Shown here: positions 36,656 through 45,868 of the stretch, in pieces | Numbering within the stretch: position 1 is the first letter of the stretch | Layout of the letters: every line of letters begins with the position of its first letter | Source of the DNA: a virus | Taxonomy: Duplodnaviria > Caudoviricetes | Length of the DNA stretch: 63,262 nucleotides | Virus record (IMG/VR): IMGVR_UViG_3300031951_000146 | Span: 1 to 63,262 of that record | Direction: 5' to 3' (one strand) | Notes under the pieces: generated by a model | Told to the model about the DNA's origin: nothing | The model's input: only the letters and a program-made list of their open reading frames with translations | Database searches by the model: none | Translations under genes and position numbers: made by a program

Positions 36656-38899
36656 TTAAATACCTGATCCGGTGGCAGCTTTGAGTTTCATCTCCTCAAC
36701 AGCCAATAGCCTGTCTTGAGCCTGTGCGTTCTGCCTCATACCCTCAAGGAACTTGTCGGCGTTGATGGTAGCTTGAGACTTCTGCATGTCTGCATAAATC
36801 TCTGCCCGCTTGTGCTCATCGCGCATAGCAAGCTCAGCCATCTTCGCTTGGAGTTCAAGCTGGGCCTGAGTGACACGGGCCTGAGCGTCGAACTTACGGG
36901 CTTCAATTTGCTCAAGCTGTACCAGCTCTTCAAGCCGGAGTTGTTCAGCCTGCTTGGTACTCTCAAACTGGAACTTCTCCCGCTCAAAGGCAAGGCGCTC
37001 GCGTTCCATTTGGACACGATTGTTTTCAATCTCCAGCTTGACCATATTCGGGTCAGGCGGCTGGGGCTGCTGGGCCTTCTGTTCTTGGACTTGAGCGTAC
37101 TCTTGGGGGGTGCGAACAATGCCCACATCCGGCAATCGCATCATGGCAAGGCGAGCCTCGGTCAGTTTGTCAGTGTTGATCCAGTCAGCCATAAGAGGAT
37201 TCTGGCCTGCTTCAATCGACAGCTTCTCAAGGTTGTTGACTTGCATTTGCTTGTTGCGAAGCTCGGTCGAGGATCGGACATCCACCTCGAAGTCAAAGCC
37301 TTGGAACTCAGGACGAAGGTTGTACTGGATGTTCCAATGGTACATACGGTCAATGAGGATTTGGGTGACGTTATCATCCCAGTCCACGTTGAGCATGTCC
37401 GTGACAATCGTGGCTTGCTGTTGCATGATGGCGAGGCCGGTGGCGGAATCAGCACCCGCTTGGGGAGCCGCCATACCTGCCGCAATAGCATTGATCCCAG
37501 ACTCTTCCATCGCCCATTGTTGGGCCATACCAAGAAGAGGACTCAGATTGCCTGAGACGTTGGGGATGATGTACGACTTGAACGCTTGGTCGATGTTCTG
37601 GAGAGTCGAATCGGTAGACTCCCAAATCTTGTGAGGCTGGATTTCCCAGACGTTGTTAACCGGCTTGATGTACTCTCGGTTAATGACGATCTGAGGACCA
37701 CCGGACACTGCCGCGTTATCCAGCAGCATGTGAAGGGTAGCCGTGTGGATGCGCTGGGCATCCTCCATCTCAAGGGGAAGACCAAACCCGAACGGGGAGT
37801 TGGGGTCTTTCAACCAGACCGACGCCATGTACGGTAGCTGGTAAGCCCCGTCAATGACCTCCAGAGAGGCTCGGATGACCTTGCCCATACACACCCACAC
37901 CTCACCGATGTAAGTCTCGTCTAGGCTCTCGTAGGAGGGCTCTAGGCCGAGCATCTTGGCTTGGTCTATTGAGATAGGGCCGTGGTATTCAAGGACGGCG
38001 TACTTGTTCTTGAGGTAGTTCTCGCCCGAATCGGTGAGTGCCGTGACATCGTTGAAGTATTCCTCGTTGTACTCTTGAGGACCAAGCTTCAACAGGCTGA
38101 GGATCACGTCATCCATGAACCCTTCGGACATAGCCAGCTTACGAAGCTGGGTTTTGTTCATCGGGTGGACTTCGATAGCGAACTCGGCATCCCGAATGTC
38201 GTTAACCGACTGGTCGGGGTAGAACATCCACGGGTCTACGCGGTAAACCTCGGGGCGAGGGACTGCCTCAAAGCGGGGAATAGCGACCGGACCACTGGGA
38301 CCGCTCACCATATCGTACATCCGCTTCTTTTGGATGGCGGGGACCGGGCCTTTGAGGATACCCGTACCGTAGATCACCCGATCCTTGATTGCATCTCGGC
38401 ATCGGTCGCCATACTTGGTGGCGGTAAGCTGGTCCTCGATCTCTTTTTCGAGGAGTTCTGCTGCGGAGGCAGCCATTCCGGGGTCAACGTCGGGACGAGC
38501 ACTCGGAACGATGTCCCAGTTCTTGTCTCCACCCGCAAACTGCTGGGACCAAAGCTGGGCAATAGCGGTTGTGCACTTGATCTTGACCAGATTGTGGTCA
38601 GGTCGTACCTTTCCACCTTCGTTACCCGCAATGTTGGGGTTCTTGTTGCGAGCACCCCTCTCTGCGGCTAGGTTTCCGAGGAAGAGGTTGATGGACTTGC
38701 GCCATTGCTCCTCTTTTTGGTTACGATCTGAGGAGGCTTTGGTCCACCGATCCTCGATTTCCCGCGCTAGGTTGCTGAGAGACTGTTCCCGAAGCTGGTT
38801 TTGACGCTCGGCCTCCTCTTGGAGGGCTTGCATCTGTTCCGGGGAGAGTTCAATCTCAGCGACTAGCACGGCGTCAGCAGTCATAGGACCTGCTTCCAT
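36656..38899 (-). CDS. Portal protein
   Basis: YGTGILKGP, DPWMFYPD, PFGFG, SATGLAI; C-terminal coiled-coil barrel. Confidence 0.88.
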   Translation of the reverse strand: MEAGPMTADAVLVAEIELSPEQMQALQEEAERQNQLREQSLSNLAREIEDRWTKASSDRNQKEEQWRKSINLFLGNLAAERGARNKNPNIAGNEGGKVRPDHNLVKIKCTTAIAQLWSQQFAGGDKNWDIVPSARPDVDPGMAASAAELLEKEIEDQLTATKYGDRCRDAIKDRVIYGTGILKGPVPAIQKKRMYDMVSGPSGPVAIPRFEAVPRPEVYRVDPWMFYPDQSVNDIRDAEFAIEVHPMNKTQLRKLAMSEGFMDDVILSLLKLGPQEYNEEYFNDVTALTDSGENYLKNKYAVLEYHGPISIDQAKMLGLEPSYESLDETYIGEVWVCMGKVIRASLEVIDGAYQLPYMASVWLKDPNSPFGFGLPLEMEDAQRIHTATLHMLLDNAAVSGGPQIVINREYIKPVNNVWEIQPHKIWESTDSTLQNIDQAFKSYIIPNVSGNLSPLLGMAQQWAMEESGINAIAAGMAAPQAGADSATGLAIMQQQATIVTDMLNVDWDDNVTQILIDRMYHWNIQYNLRPEFQGFDFEVDVRSSTELRNKQMQVNNLEKLSIEAGQNPLMADWINTDKLTEARLAMMRLPDVGIVRTPQEYAQVQEQKAQQPQPPDPNMVKLEIENNRVQMERERLAFEREKFQFESTKQAEQLRLEELVQLEQIEARKFDAQARVTQAQLELQAKMAELAMRDEHKRAEIYADMQKSQATINADKFLEGMRQNAQAQDRLLAVEEMKLKAATGSGI

Positions 38900-40490
38900 A
38901 GTTTGTAGACCCTCCGTGGTAGTTATTGGTTGGGATTGGCTGTGAGCGGGCGTGCTTTAGGGCCATTACTGCGTACCGGAGTGCGTCAAGAAGGTGGTCG
39001 TTTTCCTTTACGACTCGACCCTTTTGATCTCGGCGGTACACAACGTACTCTTTTGCCAGCTCAGACAGGCTTCGGAAGAACTTGAGTCGTCCCGTAGCCA
39101 GCATCTCTTGGATTTGGTAGATGCCTGCCTCAACAGCATTGTCTGCGGGGAAGAGTTTTACCCCTAGCTCTCGGTACAGATTGAACAACTGTTTGCCGTC
39201 TACCTGAGAACGTCCTCGGGAAGCTGGGTCAATAGCTACAGGAATCCAATCTCCACGTCCTTTTACCGCACTTGCGTGGATGAGAGGCTCAGCTTGGCCT
39301 CGCTTGTACTCAGAATAGACCACAACCTCTTTGGTGTCAGGGTTCTGAGCTAGCCAGATAGAAGCTGTGTTGTTCCAGCCTACGTCCATTCCCGCTACTT
39401 TCTTCCAGTGAGCTGGGATGTCAAAGTCTTTGACGAGGATTTCCTCAAGCGGGATGGTGTAGATCGTACCTGATCCCATCGAAGGGAGGCCCTTTGAGCG
39501 AGACTCTTTCAAGTGGGGAGGGGTAGCATCGAGCATACGTCGCTTGGCGTCTTCGGTAAGCCAAACGGCATCATCCCATCCCGCCACAATCACGGCTTTG
39601 GAGACGTTCTCGTTCTTCTTGATCTGGTCAATCTCGCCTCGTCGCAGAGCCTCCTTGGCTTTCTCTTCCTCGTCCTCTCGGGAGAGCTTGACAATACCCG
39701 GAACTTCAGACCCACGGGGCAGGAAGTCAGCGTTGTTGTAGAAGGACAACACAAGGGGAGTCAAGCCAGCAAGGGGGGTGGCCGTCACGTAGATGATGCC
39801 GTTGGTAGTCATCGTACGGAGGTAGCACTCTGAGTAAATATCGGCAGGAGGAAGCTCGTCCATCCAGATGAAGTCCTTTTGCGTACCGTAGAACGACACG
39901 ATACCCTGCTCTGAGGACTTAAAGCCGAGGCGGCTAGTGCCACCCGAGGAGTGCTTGACTAGAACGTAGTCAACCGCTCCGCCTGAGTTGGGGCGATAGA
40001 CCACCTTCTCAATATGGTCAGCGGGAATCATACCTGTGCCGATCTTACCGACATCGCCCAGCAGCTCTTTCTGGATAATGTCTCGACAGGTTTCCTTGTT
40101 GTCGCCGACTGCCCAGCCGTCTGTCGGTTTGTCAAACTTCCGACCGGGCCACCACGAAGGATAGTCTCCGAGGAGATGGCACGCCGTCTGGAAAGCTCCG
40201 GCAATCGTCTTACCGCATCGGTTAGCTGCGGAAAAGTACGTTTCTTGGTACTGGAACGAAGATGAGAAGAACGCCTTGTGTTTGGGAAGATTCTCGATCC
40301 CATAGGGGGTGCCCGGCACGAACCACCGAACCCAGCCGGAGACACGCTCAACAGCTTTTTGGTTCTCGATGGCTTGGAGAATTTCCAGCGCCTTTTCTAC
40401 TTGCTCATCAATCGTCAAGTCAAGTTTCAAGTTCTCCACATCGAGGTCGTCATCAGAGAACGAGAACGTCATCGTGTCCTTATTCACCAT
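38874..40490 (-). CDS. terL: Terminase large subunit
   Basis: Walker A ANRCGKT, Walker B IWMDE, TATP, GMDVG, DHLLDALRYA. Confidence 0.95.
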   Translation of the reverse strand: MVNKDTMTFSFSDDDLDVENLKLDLTIDEQVEKALEILQAIENQKAVERVSGWVRWFVPGTPYGIENLPKHKAFFSSSFQYQETYFSAANRCGKTIAGAFQTACHLLGDYPSWWPGRKFDKPTDGWAVGDNKETCRDIIQKELLGDVGKIGTGMIPADHIEKVVYRPNSGGAVDYVLVKHSSGGTSRLGFKSSEQGIVSFYGTQKDFIWMDELPPADIYSECYLRTMTTNGIIYVTATPLAGLTPLVLSFYNNADFLPRGSEVPGIVKLSREDEEEKAKEALRRGEIDQIKKNENVSKAVIVAGWDDAVWLTEDAKRRMLDATPPHLKESRSKGLPSMGSGTIYTIPLEEILVKDFDIPAHWKKVAGMDVGWNNTASIWLAQNPDTKEVVVYSEYKRGQAEPLIHASAVKGRGDWIPVAIDPASRGRSQVDGKQLFNLYRELGVKLFPADNAVEAGIYQIQEMLATGRLKFFRSLSELAKEYVVYRRDQKGRVVKENDHLLDALRYAVMALKHARSQPIPTNNYHGGSTNYGSRSYDC

Positions 40491-40896
40491 TGGTAGACTC
40501 CTCGTTGGTCAACTGCTTGACCTTTGCATGGGGAAGAAGCTCGGGAAGATACGACTCCAGCTTCTTGAGCAACTCCTCTTTAGACATCTCAGCGTTGACG
40601 TTGAGTGCCTTGGTATTTTGGTCAACCTTCTGGGACCACCCAAACATATTCTGCATGCGGGTGTTGAAGAGGGTTGTATTGAAATCTTTGTTTTGAAGGT
40701 TAACCCGGCTTTGCTCAAGGTTCCAAGCCTCGGCGTAGTCGTTCCCCTTTTCAATCAGGTCACGGAAAATGGGGTTAACCGCCTTCATCTTTTCAAACTG
40801 ACGTTTGGTGATCTCCAGTTCTCGGCACACCTCAACGTCACTGTAGCCTTGTTTGTATAGCTCAATGATCTGAGCCGCTGTCAAGTCCTTTGCCAC
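40480..40896 (-). CDS. terS: Terminase small subunit
   Basis: N-terminal HTH; directly upstream of terL. Confidence 0.75.
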   Translation of the reverse strand: MAKDLTAAQIIELYKQGYSDVEVCRELEITKRQFEKMKAVNPIFRDLIEKGNDYAEAWNLEQSRVNLQNKDFNTTLFNTRMQNMFGWSQKVDQNTKALNVNAEMSKEELLKKLESYLPELLPHAKVKQLTNEESTNGE

Positions 40897-40970
40897 CGCT
40901 CGATCTCCTTGTTGAGACGACCGAGGACGAGGAGTGCTAATCCTCGCCTCGGCAACTTTCCGTGTTCTTC

Positions 40971-41378
40971 TTAACCCAGCTTGTTCACAACCCCCGAGAA
41001 CTCCAAGATCGCCGGAGGCGGCGGGGAGAACTGCGGAGAGGGGTACACGATAAGGGAGTTGATAAGCGCCTTGTACTGGAGCTTACCGTTCCCGATGTCC
41101 GTGAACTCAATCGTACCGGCATCCGATTCGATCTTGTTTCGGATGCTGTCCATGAAACCCGTAGCCCGTGTCTCGGTAAGCTGGAAGAAACCCGTTGTTC
41201 GTGGAGCCGCACCAACCAACCAAACCTGACCACCCCGCTCGTTGTGCGTATAGATCGCAACCGAGTGGGTTTCCTCCCCGAAGTTGTCAATGAAGACACC
41301 CCAACCCGATTTCTCAGGGTTGTAGTAGACGCCGCTCAGATCAAGCGTCGGGGGAGTTCGTGATTTATTACGAGCCAT
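40971..41378 (-). CDS. Protein with a bacterial surface-protein-like SGxYYNPxxSGWG domain
   Basis: DLSGVYYNPEKSGWGVFI...YTHNERGGQVWLVG; GAGG RBS. Confidence 0.6.
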   Translation of the reverse strand: MARNKSRTPPTLDLSGVYYNPEKSGWGVFIDNFGEETHSVAIYTHNERGGQVWLVGAAPRTTGFFQLTETRATGFMDSIRNKIESDAGTIEFTDIGNGKLQYKALINSLIVYPSPQFSPPPPAILEFSGVVNKLG

Positions 41379-41505
41379 TTTTCACCTCTTTCGTAATTAC
41401 GAGTTGATGGGGTTGAGCGGTAAGGTGCTTTAGTTGACCGAACACTTGCTCAGGGTGGGCGACCAACAGATACGGATCACCTCCTTGGGTTGTGCCACCT
41501 ACTTA

Positions 41506-42252
41506 CTAATCTCCCTTCTTCAGCATGTACCAGATTGCAAGAAGGGAGACACCTACAAACAGCATTCCGAGATACTTGTTGAAACTTGCAAGGGGAGCGA
41601 CCGCGTCCCTTACCTGCTCTACTTGGGAGACTTGGGAAAGGGCACCGGCTGTCGCTGCGACTCCGCCTGCGACCTTGGCTTTGGAGCTGGAGTCGGGCGG
41701 GGTAGCGGGCTCCACGTTGCTATAGGCGGGGGTAGGGAGGTTCGGGACCAGTTCTTCGGCATCGATCTTTTCCTCCTTTGTCATCGCCTGAGTTCCACGA
41801 AGGAACAAAGCCGCCTCATCGGCTCGCCTGTTTGTCAGCCCTCTGTTAGGACGAAGCTGCTTGGTAACAGGGTCTGTCTCTTTGTTCCACCTTATAAACT
41901 GGGCGTGAGCGCCCTCATAGTCCCCGCTATTGAGCTTCCTCAAGAGCGTTGAAGAAGAGAAGCGGGGGATGCCGATGTTGTAACAAAGGCTGAGAATAGC
42001 GGTCTGCTGGTCTGGAGTCGTAGGCACTTTGACTAGACGATTGCACTCCTCTATGTCGCGGAGGATGTACTCTCTTGCCAACCTCGCAGATTCCGCCTCT
42101 GTGATAACATTGCCCTCAAACGCATACCGAGGGTCTGTAATACCACGTCCAATTGTCCATTTTCCAACCGTGTCTCGATAGGCTCGAAGGACGTTGCCCT
42201 CGTGCTTTGAGATAAAATCAAATATCTCTGGTCTGTATACGAAGTTCATCAA
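41506..42252 (-). CDS. Endolysin (GH24 lysozyme) with C-terminal membrane segment
   Basis: Catalytic E-x8-D-x5-T (HEGNVLRAYRDTVGKWT), YNIG, GLTNRR..E; hydrophobic C-terminus. Confidence 0.92.
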   Translation of the reverse strand: MMNFVYRPEIFDFISKHEGNVLRAYRDTVGKWTIGRGITDPRYAFEGNVITEAESARLAREYILRDIEECNRLVKVPTTPDQQTAILSLCYNIGIPRFSSSTLLRKLNSGDYEGAHAQFIRWNKETDPVTKQLRPNRGLTNRRADEAALFLRGTQAMTKEEKIDAEELVPNLPTPAYSNVEPATPPDSSSKAKVAGGVAATAGALSQVSQVEQVRDAVAPLASFNKYLGMLFVGVSLLAIWYMLKKGD

Positions 42253-42258
42253 AGTCCT

Positions 42259-42960
42259 TTAAGTGAGTTCAGCGCCCCACTTCGCGGCAGTAAATCCCGT
42301 AGGCACGGTCCCGGTTGTGCTGGCGGCATCTCCGTGAAGGATTGCCCTGCGAGCAGATGTCGCGCCGGATCGGACAATAGATGCGCCGACGCACACCCAG
42401 AAGGAGGCTATCGCAACGCTTCTGACGTAAGAGGGAGTAGTATTCGCGACAGGATCGCCACCGCCATACCAAGCACCACCAGATTGCCTAATCCAGAACC
42501 GATATTCAGAGATACCGCCAGAGGGCGGGACGATTCTTACCGCCATTTCAACTGTGATAGCGTTACCCGAAGCCCCTGTGATGTTGGGGTTTCCCGCTCG
42601 GTAAAGGGTGCCGGTGTTCGCCCAGATGCCCGCGCTACCGTCAGATGTTGTGCCAGACCCCACCCAACCAGCAGCGCCGCCGGGGAAGTTAGCGGTCGGA
42701 GAAGACCGACTCACGGCAGCCAAGCCAACTACGCCGTTCTCACCGCCACTTGCTTCGATGACCCCGGAGTAATACCCAAGGTCTTGCACCTCTCGCGAGG
42801 ACACGGCGTTTGCGTACGTCCCTACCGCGCCAGTGTTAGCAGTCAAGATCAGGTTTGATCCTGAAAGAACAGTGGGAGTCGATTGGTATTTAGTCAGCGG
42901 GGACCAAGTGGCGGTTAAAACAACAGAGGCTATCTTTCTTGCCGGTATACCTAGAATCAT
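42259..42960 (-). CDS. Putative tail fibre tip / receptor-binding (SPRY/lectin-like) protein
   Basis: ATWSP..LSGSNL N-terminus and VPTGF C-terminus; coupled to the tail fibre gene. Confidence 0.55.
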   Translation of the reverse strand: MILGIPARKIASVVLTATWSPLTKYQSTPTVLSGSNLILTANTGAVGTYANAVSSREVQDLGYYSGVIEASGGENGVVGLAAVSRSSPTANFPGGAAGWVGSGTTSDGSAGIWANTGTLYRAGNPNITGASGNAITVEMAVRIVPPSGGISEYRFWIRQSGGAWYGGGDPVANTTPSYVRSVAIASFWVCVGASIVRSGATSARRAILHGDAASTTGTVPTGFTAAKWGAELT

Positions 42961-44024
42961 GTCGTTGCCCCAAACACGTCGAACTCAGTGCTTGCCACTT
43001 GCTTGACGGTCACAGTGCCCCCCGGAGGGACAATAAGCGTACCACCAGCCGGTGCATTAAGAGTTGTGCTACTAGGGGTAAGAGTCAAGTTGTTAGCCCC
43101 CACATTCCGAATATGAAACTCTTGGCCTACAACGTTCAAACCAGTTCCAAAGGTGGCTGTCTTTGCCGAGTCAGAAGTGAATCGGATGTACCGACCAGCG
43201 TCCCCGTTAGCCATTGCTCGGGAGGTTCCGCTTTCAGTCACCACAGTAGCCGGCACATCCGTGTCGGTAAGCGTTATAGCCCCCGTCCGGGTGTTAACCG
43301 ATGTGACTGGGAACGGAACATCGCCCGACCCGAGAAGAGAGGTGCTTCCTACGGTCCTGATGTTCGTACCCGAGACAAGGGTATCTTGTTTGGTGGAAGG
43401 ATTGAACGTACCCGTGTGCCAAACGTCTTGGAGGGTTGACCCATCAAAATACCGGGGCGAGCTTTTGTCGTTTTCAACCTGAAGGAACTTGTTAGTCAGC
43501 CCTCGGTTGGTGTTAAGACGGACGATGCACGACGTGCTTCCGTTCGACTCAAGCTCAACTCCGGCAATCAACCCCGAGATGGGATTGTAGCTCATCGAAG
43601 AGATTGTGGACAGCCCAACAACAGCTTCGGCTATTGAGGAATTACCACCAAACTCGTAGCCGTTAGTGCTTTGAGGTAGGCTACCTGTGGAGTCCCAAGT
43701 GAACCCTGACGTACCTCCAAAGGCACCCGAGTCGTTCCATTGGAACTGGCCCGAGGAGCCTCCCGGAGAGCCACTCCCTCCGCTGATTGTGATGTTCCCC
43801 GGACCCTTGAGAGACTCCCCGTTGATAGTCTTGAGAGGGTGGTTCTCCCAAGTGTCGTTCGAGAAGTTGTAGAAGATCGTGTCGTTGTCGTCTGGGTTGA
43901 GAACGTCTACGTCAGTCAAGCCGTCAAAGCTGACTTGATCGAAAGCATCCTCGGCCAACTTACGCAACGACACCTCTTCGCGAGTGTCCCAGATGTCCAG
44001 CTTTGATTTAGGGATTCGAGCCAT
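42957..44024 (-). CDS. Tail fibre protein
   Basis: LKTINGESLKG, QFQWNDSGAFGG, KQDTLVSGTNIRTV and VTSVNTRTG fibre motifs. Confidence 0.8.
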   Translation of the reverse strand: MARIPKSKLDIWDTREEVSLRKLAEDAFDQVSFDGLTDVDVLNPDDNDTIFYNFSNDTWENHPLKTINGESLKGPGNITISGGSGSPGGSSGQFQWNDSGAFGGTSGFTWDSTGSLPQSTNGYEFGGNSSIAEAVVGLSTISSMSYNPISGLIAGVELESNGSTSCIVRLNTNRGLTNKFLQVENDKSSPRYFDGSTLQDVWHTGTFNPSTKQDTLVSGTNIRTVGSTSLLGSGDVPFPVTSVNTRTGAITLTDTDVPATVVTESGTSRAMANGDAGRYIRFTSDSAKTATFGTGLNVVGQEFHIRNVGANNLTLTPSSTTLNAPAGGTLIVPPGGTVTVKQVASTEFDVFGATT

Positions 44025-44077
44025 AGTTGTTATCTAGTCCCTCCGTGGACGTGGGTTAAACTCTCTTAGGTGCGTAC

Positions 44078-44272
44078 TTACAGGACCGGCGGCTGGTAGT
44101 TCGTATCGGTGACACCCGCGTCGGCGTTGAGCTTCGTGGCAAGGGTAGCACCCCAAGCACGAATCGTTTCGATGTTAAGCATCACTTCCTCGAAGGCTCG
44201 CTTTAGTTCGAGGGCCTTGTCGGAATCGCCTTGGGCGTAGAAGGTGTAGGTCTTGGGATCGAAAGCAGGCAT
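44078..44272 (-). CDS. Small virion protein
   Basis: GAGGAG RBS; KLNADAGVTDTNY motif. Confidence 0.55.
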   Translation of the reverse strand: MPAFDPKTYTFYAQGDSDKALELKRAFEEVMLNIETIRAWGATLATKLNADAGVTDTNYQPPVL

Positions 44273-44325
44273 GGTGTTTTAGTCTCCTCTGGTGTGGGGT
44301 GGGTACAACGTGGGCGAGTTTACAC

Positions 44326-44538
44326 CTAATCGGAAGGAGAGTCAAGAGAAGGGGGAGGGTCGAAGATGATATGACCTCGACTAGGGACGCTTACCCCTCC
44401 AAAGCACTTGTGTGCGTTTTCCAACGTAAATCCTTTCGACAGGGCGATCTTCCGGAAGGTGTCTTCAATCCTTGCTACCTGCTCCGGGGTCCAGACCTCA
44501 TCTACCCACACCCAGTCTTCGTCTTTGTTGGGCTCCAT
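44326..44538 (-). CDS. Hypothetical protein
   Basis: GGAGG RBS before MEPNKD. Confidence 0.5.
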   Translation of the reverse strand: MEPNKDEDWVWVDEVWTPEQVARIEDTFRKIALSKGFTLENAHKCFGGVSVPSRGHIIFDPPPSLDSPSD

Positions 44539-44621
44539 CCTTTGACCTCCTGTAAGCCTCTGTGAGGCTCGTCTAGTATCTACCCGCACCCCACGGTAGG
44601 GGTCGGGGCTAAGATCGCCTC

Positions 44622-44900
44622 CTAGAGGCTCGTAGGCGGCTTCTCGTTCGTGTTCGACGTGTACAGCCCCAGTGCCTCTGATTCTCGGACCAACTCTTCC
44701 AACGCTTGCTTTCGTTCCAAGGCTCGTTGACGGCCTAGCTCGGAGAAGTTGTGACCGACGCACTTGTCCAACTCAACTCGAAAAGCAAGGCTCTCGGGGT
44801 AGAAGCCCTTGTCGTGCCGCTCTCGGGACTTGATGCTCAGGTCGTGGATGAGTTGGTTGAGTTGTTCGGTTGCGAGGTGGGAGTAGTTATCAGCGTTCAA
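44622..44900 (-). CDS. Hypothetical protein
   Basis: AAGGAG RBS; overlap with the upstream gene. Confidence 0.5.
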   Translation of the reverse strand: MNADNYSHLATEQLNQLIHDLSIKSRERHDKGFYPESLAFRVELDKCVGHNFSELGRQRALERKQALEELVRESEALGLYTSNTNEKPPTSL

Positions 44901-45144
44901 TGGTCACGGCTCCTTCGGTGGGGTTGTACACGACTCGGGTGCCACCTCGAACGACAAGTCCTTTCCGGGCGGTGGCCTCCCAGTGAATCTTGGAATACTC
45001 GTCCATGTTCGGGGTTTCCTCCAAAGCTCGCAGGTAAGCAGCTTCAGCGTCTTTCCTCCACGAGGACTCAGGTGGGAGGTCTGATCCCCACTTCCAGTCC
45101 AAGTACGCTTCGGTCCGTGTGCGGTAGTCGTCGAGGTGACTCAT
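44890..45144 (-). CDS. Hypothetical protein
   Basis: GGAGG RBS; TGATG coupling. Confidence 0.55.
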   Translation of the reverse strand: MSHLDDYRTRTEAYLDWKWGSDLPPESSWRKDAEAAYLRALEETPNMDEYSKIHWEATARKGLVVRGGTRVVYNPTEGAVTIER

Positions 45145-45503
45145 CACGTGTACCTCCAGATTTTGTTGAGGACGATGTTTGAGATATTGGCCGGGCTGAT
45201 CCGAAACTCTCGGGCTAGGTTTGCTTGAGACTCTCCCAGTTTGTGGCGAAGTCGAATCTCTTTCACCTGATCTCGCTTCAGCTTCGATGACCCCTTGACC
45301 ATCGGCGTCCACGGAATGTCCGTGACCCGCTCCGCTCGGAAAGGTGCCTCCTTCGGGAGAGGCTCCAACCCATCCCGCCTTCGTCGGGCCTCCAACTTAC
45401 GTTCGTAGTGCGGATCATCCATGAAGAGGCCGTCGTAGTAGGGGCATGGGACAGAGTACATTTCTTTGGGGTGCTCCGATCTAGGTAACTTGGAAGATGC
45501 CAC
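45144..45503 (-). CDS. Stand-alone HTH protein resembling the HNH-endonuclease C-terminal HTH
   Basis: KLKRDQVKEIR...SQANLAREFRISPANISNIVLNKIW. Confidence 0.7.
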   Translation of the reverse strand: MASSKLPRSEHPKEMYSVPCPYYDGLFMDDPHYERKLEARRRRDGLEPLPKEAPFRAERVTDIPWTPMVKGSSKLKRDQVKEIRLRHKLGESQANLAREFRISPANISNIVLNKIWRYT

Positions 45504-45505
45504 AA

Positions 45506-45706
45506 GGAAGAGATAGATATATTCTCCGAAGGAGAAGAAGTATCTAGTTTGAGAGATAGTATGTTTTAGATAGAGGGGTATACTCTTTCTTAGAGTATTA
45601 GTATTAGATAGAGAGAGTATATAGTTAGAGAGATGGTATATACTCTTTAGAGTAGTAGTATATCTATAGTAGTAATACTACTCTCTATGTATATACTTTC
45701 TACTTC
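45506..45706. other. AT-rich low-complexity non-coding tract (candidate origin or packaging region)
   Basis: TATA/AGAG/TAGTA runs in a GC-rich genome. Confidence 0.5.
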
Positions 45707-45735
45707 ATTGTATACCTCCGAAGGAAAGCTGTCAA
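45707..45735 (-). promoter_or_regulatory. Sigma70-type promoter for the virion arm
   Basis: TTGACA-17 nt-TACAAT on the - strand. Confidence 0.8.
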
Positions 45736-45868
45736 GCCCCCTCGCACTGCTACTCGCAGTGCTCCTACTCCCCACCTAGCGGTGGGTCTGTGACCTGTCA
45801 ACCCCAAGGGAAGTTCACCCCTTAGGAGAGTTATTCATCCCTTCATAATTCCCACTAACCCTTGAAGA

